Below are positions 13,099 through 27,265 of a DNA stretch of 64,000 nt, piece after piece. Every line of letters begins with the position of its first letter. Within the stretch, counting starts at the first letter, position 1. Below the pieces are notes generated by a model. The model made no database searches, was not told the DNA's origin, and worked only from the letters and a program-made list of their open reading frames with translations. The position numbers and the translations under genes were made by a program. Source of the stretch: Lama guanicoe (lineage: Eukaryota); contig MU054001.1 in the NCBI GenBank assembly GCA_013239625.1, positions 2,486,151 through 2,550,150 of the forward strand, written 5' to 3'.

Positions 13099-15729
13099 CT
13101 GAAGACTTCTTCCACTTGATGCTAGAAGTTGTAATTTGGAACTGCTGATAGCCCATTGCGTGGGAGCATGTGCCTGAGAATGGAGCCGGTGCTGAGGAAA
13201 TCAAAGCTGAGAGATAAGGACACCTCCCTGGCCATATCATTTGGACATCTGGACGTAGTGACCTATCAGCAAGTCCTTCCTTGGACTTTATATTGGGAGT
13301 AAAACCAACACACACCTCTCAGAGGCAAGTGGGACAAAAATCAAATAAAGGAGACTGTTACAGGTCTTACATACTGGAGAGTGCTTTGTCCTCCTCTGAG
13401 AAGATACCCTCCCCCTACTCCACATTGTCCATCCTTCGTAACTGGAGCCACATACTTTTATATGGTCTGCTGTTTGCTCTTGAAATCATTTCATGTCCAA
13501 GTTTTGACACCCTAGTAGATTGACTTATCCTCGAGGGTCGGGTCTTGTGTTTTGTCTCCTACCTGACATGTGGAGCTGCTTAGAGTTTACAGGCTCAAAA
13601 TGTATCTCTGCTGGGACAATGGGGGTGTTTGTTTGGCTCACAGAGGACAGTGCTTCTCCATCAGGCCTGTGTGTGGCTGGAGGGGACAGGCTGCTTGGCT
13701 TTAGCTAAGAATTGTTTCTCTTACGAGCCACAGCAGTTGTAACACGGGGACTCTGCCTGGGCTTTCCAGGACGTGCCCGGGTTTGAGGGTGGGCGGCAAG
13801 GAAGGCGATGTGTAACTGAAGAGCAGGTTTCCTCATTTTCTTCTGACTTTGCCATCTCGTCAAGACTTCTGGCACCACCTGTGTTTCCTGCAACGTGAAG
13901 GCGTCTGACTGCTGATGCTGCACTGTGTGTGGAGAAGTGGGTCAGAGGACAAGACCCCTGGACAGCTTTGTTATCCAGTCCCTGGATTAGGATGTGCATG
14001 CAAGTCTCACGGAGTCATGGCTCTTTTGGTTTCCCCTATTGCTTTTTCCGTGAGGCCCTCAATCAGATCATTTAGGCTGGCGAAGGGACAGAGGTTCTGT
14101 CATCACTCTCCTGCCAAAGCCTTTTTCCACCCCCAATCCGCCACCCGCCATGGCACCAGAATAACTTCCTCCACTGTAGGCAAAAAGCAAGAGCTCTGTG
14201 CATAGTCTGTGGTCCTCCACTAGAAGCAGCCATATCCCAGGTCCACCCCAGGCCAGGGCATTGTTATCTCAACAATCATTGTAAAATGGGCTTTGATTAT
14301 TCCTTACAAAGTGCTTTTACATACACACCTTGTTAGTGCTTTATAATGCCATGATAAGTCAGGACAATGGTGGCCATGATCGCATAGTTTGCAAGGGGCA
14401 GGGCCAAGTTTGGAAATTGTGTCTCCTAACTTTTTTTTTTTCCATCAAATCATTTCTCTTCTATAATATCATCTTCTAGACCAAAAGATTGAGACCAGAC
14501 CCCAGCTTCCCCAGTTCTCTTCATAGTTTTCTTCTTTCGTTTCTCTGGAAGAAAATAGAACCCTCTCCTATCCTGTTCCACCTGTGAAACTTTGAGCCAA
14601 TTGTGCTGGAAATTCAACACAACCTTTACGAGATACACAAACAGGGCCCCTGGCATCTCTTTCGGTGCTGATCAACTGTGAGAGTTCCAAGGACTCAAGG
14701 AGAGGGTCACGGTGGGATGGTGTTCTAGACCCTTGGAGCAGGATTCCTCTGTCACCAGATGAATTGCGATTATTATGAATGATAAAGAGGTCCAGTGCTT
14801 TATTATTCTTACTTTTAAAAATTCTGAAGCGAATGTTTCTCTCTGCACCATAACTGATCATTTTAATTTCCTTGCTTTTGCTATAATAAAAATTGACGTT
14901 AAAGGATGCCTGAGGCAGTGTAATGAGAAAATGAAATTAGTTTTTCAGTTGACTGATCAAAAGCATTTTATATGTGATAATAAACAGTTTATTTTATTCT
15001 TTTGCTTATGACATAATTAATGGCAAAAATATTTTCCTGAAATTCATATTGTCTGCTGAACTCTCTTTCCAAGTTCTAGGAAAATAATATTTTTGTAATT
15101 CTCCAGACTAGACAAAAACATAAGCTTTACTGTCCTCTGTTCAAGAGAATTCATAATCTTTATTTAACCCTTGGTGATTTGCGGTTGCTATTAGACCAAT
15201 CAGGTCAGGGAAAATGTTTGTCTACTACATTTCCTTCCTGGGGGTCAGTGATATTTCTGTACTGAAACTCAAGCCAGCCTACCCAGTGGGCTTTGTCACT
15301 GGATCGGGCTTCCTAAAAGCCTGATAAACTCAAGTTTGTTGTCAGGATTAAAAGGCACAAGTTTAAAAAAAAAATGTAGACTGGTGGCACCCCAACAAAC
15401 TGAATTTGAACTTTTTTTACATTTTTGACTTTGAAAAATGTGTTGTTTTTTCTCCACTAACCAGGTAAGAACATGATGGATTTGAATGAATGTTGGTTTG
15501 AGACTTGACCTGGCTGCTAATCCCAAATATCTCCTTCCCCATGTATGAATGTGGTATTTCAATTTAATTTAGCTCTGTCTCAGTTTCTTCATCTGTGCAA
15601 CTTCCTAATGTAACTTAACAATAATAGTACTAACTACTAGGAGCTTGCTTTGTGGCAGGTGCACCAAGATATAGATGCAAAGACATGTCCCAAGGCACTG
15701 CTGGTAATAACATAAAGCTGCAGGCAACC

Positions 15730-16232
15730 TGCATCAGTTAGCTTTTGCTGCCTAACAACTACTCTAAAATATAGTGGCTTAAAATAATAACCATTTTATT
15801 TAGCACATGATTCTATGAGTTAGATGGATGGTTCTGGTCTCAGCTGACTTGGCTTTTGACTCTGTTTTGATTTTTTCATGTCTATGTTCAGCTGGCATTT
15901 TGTAGCCAGATGGTCTACAATGGTCTCCCTCCTATGTCTGGTGGTCAGCAGGCTGGTTAGTCATGTGGGGCAGCTACTCTTTGCTCCATGCAATCTCTTA
16001 ACCTCCAGTAGGCTAGCCTGAGCTTGTTCATATGGTAGTCCCAGGGTTCTAAGTGCAACAAGAGAGAGAAAGCCCCAATATACAACATTCTTAAAGCCTC
16101 CACTTGAGTCAACATTTGCTATCATCCTATTGGCCAAAGCAAGTCACATGGCCTAGCCCAGAATCCATATCATAGGGTACTACCCAAGGGAAGGGAAACT
16201 TTGCAGCCTCTTCGGCAGACAGTCTACCACAT
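15730..16232 (-). mobile_element. MLT1 (F/G/H-like) LTR
   Basis: tgcatcagttagcttttgctgcctaacaac...agtggcttaaaataataacc...ttggccaaagcaagtcacatggcc...ctaccaca. Confidence 0.75.
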
Positions 16233-16289
16233 GACCTAAATAACCATCAATACCAAGAATGGTTGATTCAATTACATCTCATATTTGAT

Positions 16290-16660
16290 CTTTGCACAAA
16301 GTTTTTATACATGCTGTTCATTTTGTATGGAATGTTCTTCCCTCTTCATTTATTTAACTCATTTTCTTCCTTTAGAGCTCAACCTAAGAACTTTTCCCTG
16401 CTTCTTTGATTGAGTCAAATCCCCTCTCTAAAGCTCTCATAAACATTGTATTCCTTCCTCTGTAGCCCTTCCCACATTTGCAACATGCCATTAATTTGTG
16501 TGGTTATCTAATCATTATTGGTTATCCCACCAGACTGCAAGCTCAAGAGCACAAGGACTTGTCTAATTTTTATTTACCACTGTATCCTGTCCTCACAGTC
16601 TAACAGAGTTTGTAGACAATCTAACAGAGTGTCTGGCATACAACATGAAAGTATTCATTG
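16290..16660 (+). mobile_element. LINE-2 fragment
   Basis: cccaccagactgcaagctc...agagtgtctggcatacaa L2 3' motifs. Confidence 0.55.
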
Positions 16661-16759
16661 TCATTGTTTTTAGATTATCTTTAATGTCTATCAGTGTCAT
16701 GTAGTTGTCACCATGGAGTCTTACATATCTTTTATTAGATTCATTCCAAAGTACTCCAT

Positions 16760-17115
16760 GGTTTCAGTTGATTTTTAAAATTTTATTGTATTTTTCTTTG
16801 TTGCTGGTAGTTAATAACACAATTGAATTTTGTCTATCAACCTTGCAACCAGACACCTTGCTAAATTCACTAATTAATTCTAATGCTTTGTAGATTTTTT
16901 GAATTTTTCTTATATGAAATTGTCATCCATAAATAGTGACTATTTTATTTCTTCCTTTTAAATCCCTATCCCTTTTATTTTCTTGCCTTATCACAGTACT
17001 CAGGAGCTTCATTACAAAGTTGAGTAGAAGTCGTGACACCAGGCATCCTTATTTTCTGTGTGATCCCAGAGGAAAGCATTCCATAAGTCACCATTAGTAT
17101 GAGGTTTGCTAAGTA
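16760..17115 (-). mobile_element. Old LINE-1 (L1M) ORF2-region fragment
   Basis: gttgagtagaagtcgtgacaccaggcatccttat...gaggaaagcattcc...tcaccattagtatga, antisense RT-region sequence. Confidence 0.65.
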
Positions 17116-17859
17116 TTTCCTTATAAATGTAATTATTTGTAAACTATCAAATATACATAAAATTAGAAAGACTAGTATTGTAAAATCCAGATGCCACCAC
17201 TAGGCTGTAACAGTTATCAATATTTTGCCGTTGTTGTTTATAGTCTCACACTTTAATTTCTTTCCTCATAAAATAATTGAGTGCATTTTGAATAAATGAG
17301 TTAGTGAATGCAGTGGAATTCTATTAAAGATATAGGAGGTCCATTTGTATGGACATAGAAAAATCCCTAAATGGTAAGTGAAAAAAAAATACATACACAT
17401 GCATACCCTGTTTTTGCGTTAAAACTACACGTGTGTAGGTATATAACTCTCTATACATGTATGTGCATAGAAAAAAGAAGGATATTTATCAAGCTGTTAA
17501 CAGAGGTTACATCTGGGAAGTGAGAACGGGAGGAGAGGATAGACATAGATTTTTCTTTTTTAACACACTTCTGTCTTATTAGAATTTCTTTCAATGAGCT
17601 TTTGTAATTTAAGAAAACCAATAAAGGAAAATAGATTATTAAATAGCTAGTTTGTGAGCACTGAGTAAAGAATGCAATGATCCAGGAGCTAACAAGCTAT
17701 GCAGAACTCATTTCATTTCTTTCATCTTCTTTTTTTAAATATGACGATTAGACTGGTATTTCACGGGAATGCAATAGATTAGTGTATCTTAACATCCTTT
17801 GACCTGGTTTCTTGTGATACCCTCATAGACAAGGTGGGGACACGCAGTCTGAGGCATGT

Positions 17860-18820
17860 GCCGTCATCCACCAGTATTTATGGAGAACTTGCTGTAGGGC
17901 AAGGATCTGGAGTATTGCACTAAACAAGTCAAACAAGGTCCCTGTCCCTAAAGGTCTTCCATTCCAGTTAGGAGGACGTTCAATACACAAATGAACAATT
18001 ATGTGCAGATATGGCATCTCCTCTGAAGGAATGTAGAGAATGAGATAAAGAGCAATGAGTTGGCAACTGGGTGGTCTAGCAAGATCTCTCTGAAAGCAAA
18101 AACAAAAACAAAAACTGTGGGATCTGAAAGCTGAGAAGAGCCATCCAGGTGAGGAACAGGGAGAAAAATCTACCCTGAGAGCCTGGCTGGTGGAGAGGCC
18201 ATAAGGAAGCAATGAGCTCAGTGGGCTTGAGGAACAACGAGGAAATCAAGGAGGCTGCAGGGTAAAGAGCAAAGGGAGAGGCAGAAGGAAGTCAGGGCAG
18301 GGAAGGAGGTAAGTTTCAGGTTAGACTGGGCCGCGAAGCCAAGGTAAATATTTGCATTTTAATCTAATTGCAACTGGAAAGCTGTTGAAGGATTTTAGAC
18401 AAGGCAGCAATGTAATCATACGGCTTTTGCTTGTTTATTTTTCCTGCTTTGTTTTGATCACACTAGCTGTGTAGAGAAAGGGTTGGAGTGGGCTGAAAGA
18501 CAGAGACACTGGGAGGGTGCTGTTCCAAGTGAAAGAAGTTGCCAGCTCAGACTAGAGTGTGGTAGAGGAGATAAATTTGTGATACCTTTCTGGGGCAGAG
18601 TTCCCCGGGACTTATTCATGGATTGAATCAGGTTAGGAAAAGAAGGAATCAAAGGTGACTTTTTGGCTTGAGAAAATGGCACGAGTATCTTTTATTGAGG
18701 TGGATAAGACTGGGAGGTTAAGTTTGAGTTGCCTCCCAATATCCCAGTGGAAATATCAAATAAACAGCTTGATAAACAGATCTGGAATCTCCAGAAGAGG
18801 CCAAAATTTGAGACGTATCT
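17860..18820 (-). mobile_element. LINE-2 (antisense)
   Basis: cagtatttatggagaac...aaacaaggtccctgtccct...tttaatctaattgcaactggaaagctgttgaaggattttag. Confidence 0.7.
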
Positions 18821-19264
18821 TTGGGACTCTTTGGGAAATAGATGTATTTAATGTTGATAATTTCATCATCCATTGAAAAATCTGTCTCCGAAGAGTGTGG
18901 ATTAAGTCTTGGCAATGTCACCCCAGGATTCTGCCATTGTTCTATCCTGTTCTACATATTTAATGATCTGCAATATGTTCTCATCAATACTCTGCTTGGA
19001 AGAAGGCACAGAGTGCTGGGTGAAAGAAAGAATGATGAGGTAAGGCAGCCATGGGCGGGCCTGAATCAAGATGACAGGGAAATGCATTAGCTTTATTCCC
19101 AGCATCCAAAATCAGAGTGGAGGACTGTTAACTGACTAAATAAGACTTTCACATGTAAAGAATCACCCTGGAAGTTTGGTTGTCCAAAGGCTTAATATGA
19201 ATGAATAGTGTGTTAAAGACATTTAGGCACATGAGTAGGACCAGACTAAGACTTTGGGCCCTTA

Positions 19265-20040
19265 GGCAAGCTAATAGGGAGAACTCCTTGAGAATATGGT
19301 TCTTGTGCAGAGACTTACAGGAGGCAGAAGAGGAAACCATATAGATATCTAAGAAAAGGAATTTCCAGACATTTGGAATAGCGAGTACAAAGATCCTGAT
19401 GTGCATGTTTGCCTGACATGCTAAAGGAACAGCACAGAGGACTCTGTGGCTAGAATAGGGAGGAGCAGTAGACTATGAGGTCAAAGAGGTAATGGACCTT
19501 GCAGCCTCTTTGACCATTACACTGAGTGAAAGAAGATGTTCTTTGAGGGCTAGGAGCAGATTGACACAGCCTGACTTCTGTGACCACATATAGCTCTTGA
19601 GTTGATGTGTCACCAATCCAGATGTATTATAAATGATGCCTTCTCAATCCAATCCTTTCTATGTTCTTAGAACATCCCAGGGTCTTTCCTTCCTTAGGGC
19701 CTTTCTACTGACATTTTTTCTGCCTGGATCAAATTGCTGGCTACTTCTTGGTCTCTGCTCAGATTGCACCCTTTTAAGAGGCTTTCCATGAACTATCTAA
19801 AGTACTTCTTCCCACCCTCATGTACTCTTCATCACATCCCTGTGTTCTATTTTCTTTAATAACACTTCTCACTATTAGGTTATCTTTAATTTCTTATGCA
19901 TTTTTTATGTCTCCTGTGTAAGAATTAAGCTCTGCTAGAGCAGGAACTTCGCCATTCAGGATTAGTGCTATTTGTCCAGTGCCTAGATATTGCCAGGTGC
20001 ATAATAAATGCCAGATGCTTGATAAATATTTTTTGAATGA
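19265..20040. mobile_element. LINE-2 fragments (antisense ~19265-19580; sense ~19680-20040)
   Basis: aggaacagcacagaggactctgtggctagaata (antisense L2); cttagggcctttctact...aaatattttttgaatga (sense L2 end). Confidence 0.55.
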
Positions 20041-23000
20041 AAAAAAACCCCACATTTATTAACACCCACATGGGTTATGATTAAAAGGGAGGGCAACTCC
20101 CCTTCACTTCAGTCTTTTCTTGATCCCTCCCAATTCTGAGATTCTCTGAGCCTTCCACATGGTCATCATCCAAAAGACATTCTTGTGTTCTTAACTGCAA
20201 GTGGGACCGAGCTGAACAATGTACAGAAAGAACCATGTAGCTCTTTCTAATTTTATAGTCTAAAATCTACTGTTACAGTTTTTTTTTTTTTGGAGAACAT
20301 ATGTAAAATTGTCTAGCACAGTATGTACTTGGAACATAACAGCTACTCAAAAAAGTATATGCTGAATCTGAGTCTATTAAAAAAAAATGAATGGTGGGTA
20401 ATTAAATCCTATGCAGGTTGAGTAGTAAATTGTATTTCATCCTATGCATATTTATAGAGTGATTATTATGTATATGGTGTTTGACTAAAGGAAGTGAAAG
20501 GAACTAAGATGTATTGAGTGTTAGTATGTGCCAGGACTTATACCAGATGTCCTACGTCTCACTTACTCTTAAAAACAATTATAGGAAATGGGTTACAGTC
20601 CTAATTTTAAATAGTAAAAATATATGGTTCAGGGAATCTGAATAATTTGCTTATAGACACAATTTTTTCCTCTTTGTCAGCATCAGCAGTTAGCTAATTC
20701 TGCATACTTTCAATATCTGAATTAAATAAGGGATTATTTGGAAAATTCTTTGGAATTTTAACATTTTATTTATAAAAAGTTTTCTAAAGAGTATATGTTA
20801 CTTCCTCACCTTAACAAATCCAGGGAAATAGAACTTACATGCTCTTTGGAAAACTGAGGGTCTTATAGGGTAGCTGGTCTACATTCTACACATCACTTTT
20901 TTCATTCAAATATTATATATTCAAATCCATAGAAAGCTTTTAAATCCACCATTTTAACTTGGTAAAGTAAATATATTTATTAGAAACAAATAATTGATAA
21001 CAAATTTAACAATAAAACACAAGATAGTACCAGTAAAATCAAAAGTAAAATAAAGATGTTAGCTATCACTACGGTTATTCAACATTTGGGAGTCTCAGCC
21101 AATGAAATGAAAATGAAAAAGAAATGAGAGATAAATATTGAAAAGAGAAGAGCCATCATTTTTATATGACATGACGGGCCACATGCACATCTCAAAAATA
21201 AACCAAATGAAAAACTATGAAGACCAATAGAAGAATCCATTGAGAATATCAGACTAGTGCAAAAGTAGTGCTTTCCTAAATTCCAGAAACAATCAGTTAA
21301 AATAATAATAATGATAATCCACATTGACAAGAATAATAAACAAGAAATAAATACAAGGAATTATTTCAGTCAAAATGTGACTTTCAAGAAACTTTTGAAA
21401 ACCACAGAAAAAAAATTTATTTGAAGCTTTTTATTCTCTGTCAACAGTTTTTAGAAGTTAAAAAAAAATAGAAATAAAAAAATCAACCCTGCAATCACTT
21501 CTTGGAATTGTTTTGATTTGCCAACAATTTAAACTCTGACTAACGTACTTTGTGTAAAGGATGTTATATCTTTGAGTGTATATGTGTGTGGGTGCTGATA
21601 ATTTTGCATTTTCTTTGGGGGATTAGAAATGGAAAACAATTCAAGCTGAGAAAATTATTCTTAAATACTCACTTTTATAAATTTTATTAAAGAATTTTGT
21701 TAAACCTTTGCCCCCCAAATACAAGATCTCTACAAGAAAACCACAAAATTTTATAGTGTATCATCTTTACAGTTTAGAAAATAATGGAATGCCATGTTTA
21801 ACTCCCTAGTGAGAAGAATTAATATTGTTCAGTTTCCTCTACATCAATCCTTATATTGCATACAATTTCCACAAAAATGCCAAGACCCTTTAGGGGGTAT
21901 CTTTTGGGGAAGTAGTGACTCTTACATTTCTGGTTTGTGTTCACAACTGCAAAGTCCAGAAAAGGACAAGTGACCATGTTGGAGCTGGATGTGTCCTCAA
22001 TGCCAAATGAGAGGTATTGCCTTCTCTTTCTGCATTTCAGGAGGTTATTTGGTATAATATACTGAAATAATAACTAAATATGAGTAGAAGCTGCAGACAG
22101 GCAAGTAGCATTAGGACTTCTAACCATGGAGAAGTCTAAATGAGCTGGTCTAACACCAGCAAAAAGATACTATAGAGGGAGAGGATTGTTTCAGGGGCCA
22201 TGCTGGTCTTGAGTCTGCAGGCAATGGGATGGCAGAGAGGAAAATCCAGGAAATTTGGATCAGAGACTTGCTGTGTGATCTTAGGTTAGTCACTTTCCCT
22301 CTCTGAGGGTCAGTATCCTTATCTATGGAATGAGAGGAGTGATCCAGGTAAATATATTATAAGATTTTCTCCAGAAACTTAGGAGTCTCTGGAAATGACT
22401 CTGGGGCCACCTCAGGGGGCAAGAAGAAAGCTGCCCAGAGTTCTGTGGTTCCCCACCCCCACCATGTCTACCAAGGTCCAATCTGCTTTATATTAATGAG
22501 GTTTCTATCAATAGTTTTACTAGAAGAAAAGTTCCCATGTGTTCAAAAGTATGTAAACTAAACAAACCAAATTCCTTGATCTAAATAACTGAGGATTGGC
22601 TTCTGTTCTTAGTACATAACATGTGTTATATCATCCAACTCTTACAATAACCCTATAATGTACCTATTCCCATTTCACAGGTGAGGAAACTGAGTCTAAG
22701 TCACTTACTCAAAACCATAATTTTTACATGAGAAGTGGCTGTCCGATTCCAGAGGGTGGTTATGATGCTGTATTTGCCTCCAAAGGGAAGGCAGGAACGT
22801 GGATGATTTCTAAGTCTCTTCAGATTTGAAAGTTTGTGTCTATATTTCCCGTTCTATATATGTTAAATAAATGTCATTCAAGATGCATTAATTCAGCCAT
22901 TCAATAAATAATTTTTGAGCATTTATGGGCTAGGGTTTGGGACCCCTGAAGCAGAGTGGACCCCTGCCTTCATGGGGCATCCATTGCCAAGTCAGCTGTG

Positions 23001-24610
23001 GGCACTGCCCAGGAAACTTGGGTAGCTGTGAACAGAGCCAGTGGGTGTCCCATGAGCTCTGCCTTTTATAGGCCTGCTCCTCATCCTTCAGTGACCACAT
23101 TGCCCAGTTCCTGAAAGCACAATTAATTTTTACTCACTTCCTGACTGCAGTACGTGTCATCTGTCATTGAGACTACCAGACCACTTTGATGGGCTGCAGA
23201 AGCACTGGGGCAGCTCTGGGGAGGTCAGAGTTCCCTGTTAGGTCATAGTTTCTGCTTGGAGGCAAAGATAAAGCGATTTGGAACTCCCACAGGAACAAGT
23301 GAAATGAATGGGGACTAATGGTCAGGGAAGAGGGATTGGAATTTAAAATCTTTGGAAATGTCAACAGATCCAGGAAAGTCTCCTCAGCCCAGGGTTCTCT
23401 GAGACTCACCTGGAGGGAGATGATCAATTCTAGAAATATCAGGGATCACCAGGTACTCAACATAGATAAACAGACGTTAATGAGGCAGATTTAGTTAGAT
23501 GATTTTATAAGCACTGCCATGTAGATCTATCAATGGGGAAAAAACGCATAGTTAAGCTCAGGTTGAAGATAATTCTCCCGCAGCGTGTATGCCCAAGCTT
23601 TATTCAGTTATTTAAAAAATCTGATGAAATGTAAAATTACTCTATTTAATCTGAGTTTCTCATGCAGTGTGTGTTAATATTTGTCTTCTTTTTTCCTTAA
23701 GTGGCTCTGTGGTTGAGTTTGCAATCACATAACCACTGAATATGCAAGATATAAACCACAGGCAATTCAGTGATATCCAAGGCAGTAGGGCTGCCTTGAT
23801 TAAGCTGGTGTATTATTAAGATGATAAACACAGCCCAGCCCAGCCCAGCCACTGAGTAAAATATGATGTCTGGCTGAGGGTCACTTTTCCAAGAGATAGC
23901 TAGAGCCCTGGGTGCTGTGAAGGAGTTGAGAGGCAGCACCCCCCACCTGAAATCTCCCTGCCATTTCTCCTTTGGCACTCAACATTTTGTTTTTTGGAGA
24001 CACCAATTAAAATATAACTTTGTTACAGGGGAAAAAGGAAGAATCACAGGAACAACTGAATGGAATTTCCCGTTTTTCTTCCTGCCCTTGTGGATGGCTC
24101 CTTTTCCACTGCCTTCCAGAACTCCTTTCCTTCTGTCTGACCCTTGAATGTTGGGGCTCCCAAATTTGGGTTCTTAATTCTTCCTGTCTTGCTCAACAGT
24201 GGGAAGTTGATACCCTGGCTCCATTCAGAAAATAGAATTAATGCCAGATCATCCAACAGAAGACAAGTTAATAAGGGCAACTGGTAATAAAAGGGTGGGG
24301 AAAACTGCAGAGCCAAAGGGGGGAAGTTGAGGCAACCCATGGAAAAACTCCATGGAAGCAGTTGGCACTACCTACGTCCCAGGGCCAGGGCTGCCCAAAG
24401 AAGCTGGAGCCACAGAGCGAGAGGCAACCACTGCGGGAGAAGTGACTATAAACAGAGGTGGAGGCACCAATTACCCTGACTTTTCCCTTCTCCGCCCTCC
24501 TGTCTCCTCCAAGGTCTCCCCCTGGGAGAAGCCAGCAGTCAGTGACACTTGGGAAATTGGCTACAACTAGCAGGTAAGGGGCAGAGAACCGATGTGAGAG
24601 TAAACAGGAA

Positions 24611-24832
24611 TTGGGAGTTTGAGATTTGCAGATACTAACTACTATACATAAAATAGATAAACAACGTTTCTACTGTATAGCACAGGGAACTGTATTCAAT
24701 ATCTTGTAGTAACCTCTAATGAAAAAGAATATGAAAAGGAATATATGTGTGTATATGTAAGACTGAACTATTGTGCTGTACACCAGAAATTGACACAACA
24801 TTGTAAACTGACTATACTTCGATTAAAAAAAA
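24611..24832 (+). mobile_element. Short 5'-truncated LINE-1 3' end with poly(A) and TSD, inserted in an old ERVL-type LTR (~24220-24860)
   Basis: ctgtatagcacagggaac...tgctgtacaccagaaattgacacaacattgtaaactgactatacttc plus A tail; TSD agagtaaacaggaa (24597-24610) / agagttaacaggaa (24833-24846). Confidence 0.85.
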
Positions 24833-26216
24833 AGAGTTAACAGGAAATAGCCAGCCAATCGTCTACCTCACTCACTCACCTATATCGGGTGATGAATTCC
24901 TATTTCCAGCCTGGATCTCTTTCCTGAGCTTCAGATGCACACGTTCACCATGTGTAGACATTGCCACCTGGATCTCCGCCCAGGATTTAAAAGTCGACCT
25001 GCCCAGGACTAATTCATTATTTCCCAAGAGTCACTTCTTTCTTTTTGTATCTGTATCGTCCTCAACCCACTTCCTCCCACCAGCCTTTTCATTGTGATTA
25101 GATTATCTAGTGGTTTGTCTATCTGTTGATTTTTTAAAAAAAGAAACAATACTTTGATTTACTTAATAATTTAACTGCTTTTCTGGGTTTTGTCTCATGT
25201 ATTATGCTTTTATTTTTGCTGTTTCTAGTCTGCTTTCTTTTTTTTTTTTTGAGATGGGAATTTGCTTTTATGGCATCATTTTTATTGATAGAAATATTTA
25301 AGGCTTTGTAATTTAATTTTTTTTAGAATTATGCAATTTTGGTTTATATTTCAACTTTCACTTGAGAATGTTAAATGGAGTGTTTTTAAATCTCAGAGAG
25401 GTGGACTTGTTTTTTTTTAAATTTTATTGTTAATTTCTTAGTTTACTGAAAGATCTGAGAATGTTATTTGTATTCTTTTTATTGTATGGAAACTATTATC
25501 TTTATGAAATGATGTATCTTCAATTTTCATGAATCATTCATTATGCATTGAGAGGAAAGAAAAATTCCCTGTTCATTGGGAGTACATTTCAATGTTTACT
25601 CTCAAGTCTGATCTTTCTTATGTTTATGCTATTCAAATCTTTTATATTGTTACTTAATTTAGGTCCACTTGGCTACTGAGAGTGGACGGCTGAAGCCTTA
25701 CATTATATAAGGTTTCTATCTATTTCCACTTGCATCTCCAACACTGAAAGCTTGAAAACAAGCACTTGCTTAGTGTTCAGCTTTCAGGTTAAATAAATTA
25801 TGACATCCATTCAGTAGGACATGTTACAGCCATTAAACTGGATAACGAAGAAAGCTATTTTTATTTTACAAGATATACTATTGAAACATACGGTATACAT
25901 TTTGTTAGAAAGCATTCTTTCAGACAATCTAAAAAAAATCTACAGTGCTTAAATTTTCTGTAAGAAATGCGTATTGCTTATTTAATGAAAGAAAAGAAAA
26001 TCTTGAAACAAAGGTTGAGTTGAGTTCCACAATATTTATTAAGTGTCTAGAAAAAATGGGCCAGGTGTTGTGCTGCAGGGGTGAATGAGACATAATCTCT
26101 TCCCTTAAGAAAGTCACAATTTAATACAGAAGACAGATATATATTTTTTAAATGACTGTAACATACAACAATAGAATAAATAAATTGTTATCCAGAAAAG
26201 CTAGTGATTAATTCTT

Positions 26217-26352
26217 TTCTTTTTTTTTTTTTAAACACATTTTTCCCTTTGTCTTTAAGAAAAAAAATTTTCAAAATGGAGGTACTGGGGATTGAACCCA
26301 GTACCACATGCATGCTAAGCATGTACTCTACCACTGAGCTCTACCCTCCCCT
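26217..26352 (-). mobile_element. tRNA-Ala-derived SINE of camelid Vic-1 type
   Basis: Reverse complement ggggagggtagagctcagtggtagagtacatgcttagcatgcatgtggtactgggttcaatccccagtacctcca has A and B boxes, then an A-rich tail; TSD agtgattaattctt (26203-26216) / agtgattcattctt (26356-26369). Confidence 0.85.
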
Positions 26353-26857
26353 AAGAGTGATTCATTCTTAATGCAGTAAGAATTACTTAATGAGGGGGCC
26401 CTTCATAGAAAAGATAACTGATGATGATGAGGCAAACCAGAGTTGGGTAAACATACCCTTTTCTAGCTAAGCCCACAAATACATATTTGAATACAAAGCA
26501 GGCTGACTATGGGGTGATCCCTTGATTTCCCTGTGAGGGGATTTAAAAAGTTTTACAGCTAACTTAAATTTGTAAACTTTTAGAGATATTTAGAAATAAT
26601 AAAATATTTCACTATGTTACTTTTATTCATCTACTTAGACATACTTAATCAAAAATCATGAATTACATAAAATAATGTAATTACATAAAATAATTTAGAA
26701 ATATTGGTTTTTGTACTCATAATTTAAAAAATATTTATTCTAACGCTTCCCTTAGTCTTCAACTTCAATGTTTTTTTACTTCCAGAACCACAATTGGAGA
26801 CATCGAATTTATAGACCATCATAGTCATGTCTGTTTAAATTGTTTGAGATACAGCAC

Positions 26858-27265
26858 TGTTAGGGGCCAAATTGTGTCCCCGACCAAATTAATATGTTGA
26901 GGTCCTAACCCCTAGGATCTCAGAATGTGACCGTATTTGGAGATGGGGGTCTTTTTAGAGGTCATCAAGTTTAACTAGGTCATTAGAGTGAGCCCCAATC
27001 CATACTGGTGTCTTTTTAAAAAGGGGAACTGTAGAGACAGACAGGATTACCTGGAAGAAAGCATGTGAACATGAAGACGGCTACTTACAAGCCAAGGAAA
27101 GAGGTCTGGGACAGATCCTTCCCTCACAGCCCTCAGAGGGAGCCCACATTGTCTACACTTTGATCTCAGACTTCCAGCCTCCAGAACTGTGAGACAATGC
27201 ATTTCTGTTGTTTAAGCTGCCCAGTTTGTGGCATTTTGTTACGGAAGCCCTAGCAAACTAATATA
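26858..27265 (+). mobile_element. MLT1A/B-like MaLR solo LTR
   Basis: aattgtgtcccc...cagaatgtgaccgtatttggagat...gacttccagcctccagaactgtgaga...agcaaactaatata; near-TSD agcac/tgcac. Confidence 0.85.

Noticed and set aside
26278..26352. tRNA-Ala gene
   Set aside because: The acceptor stem does not pair cleanly, and it has an A-rich tail and TSD, so it is a SINE.
26661..26694. Short direct duplication aattacataaaataat (similar ones near 16600 and 61220)
   Set aside because: Ordinary slippage duplications; only two copies, not an array.
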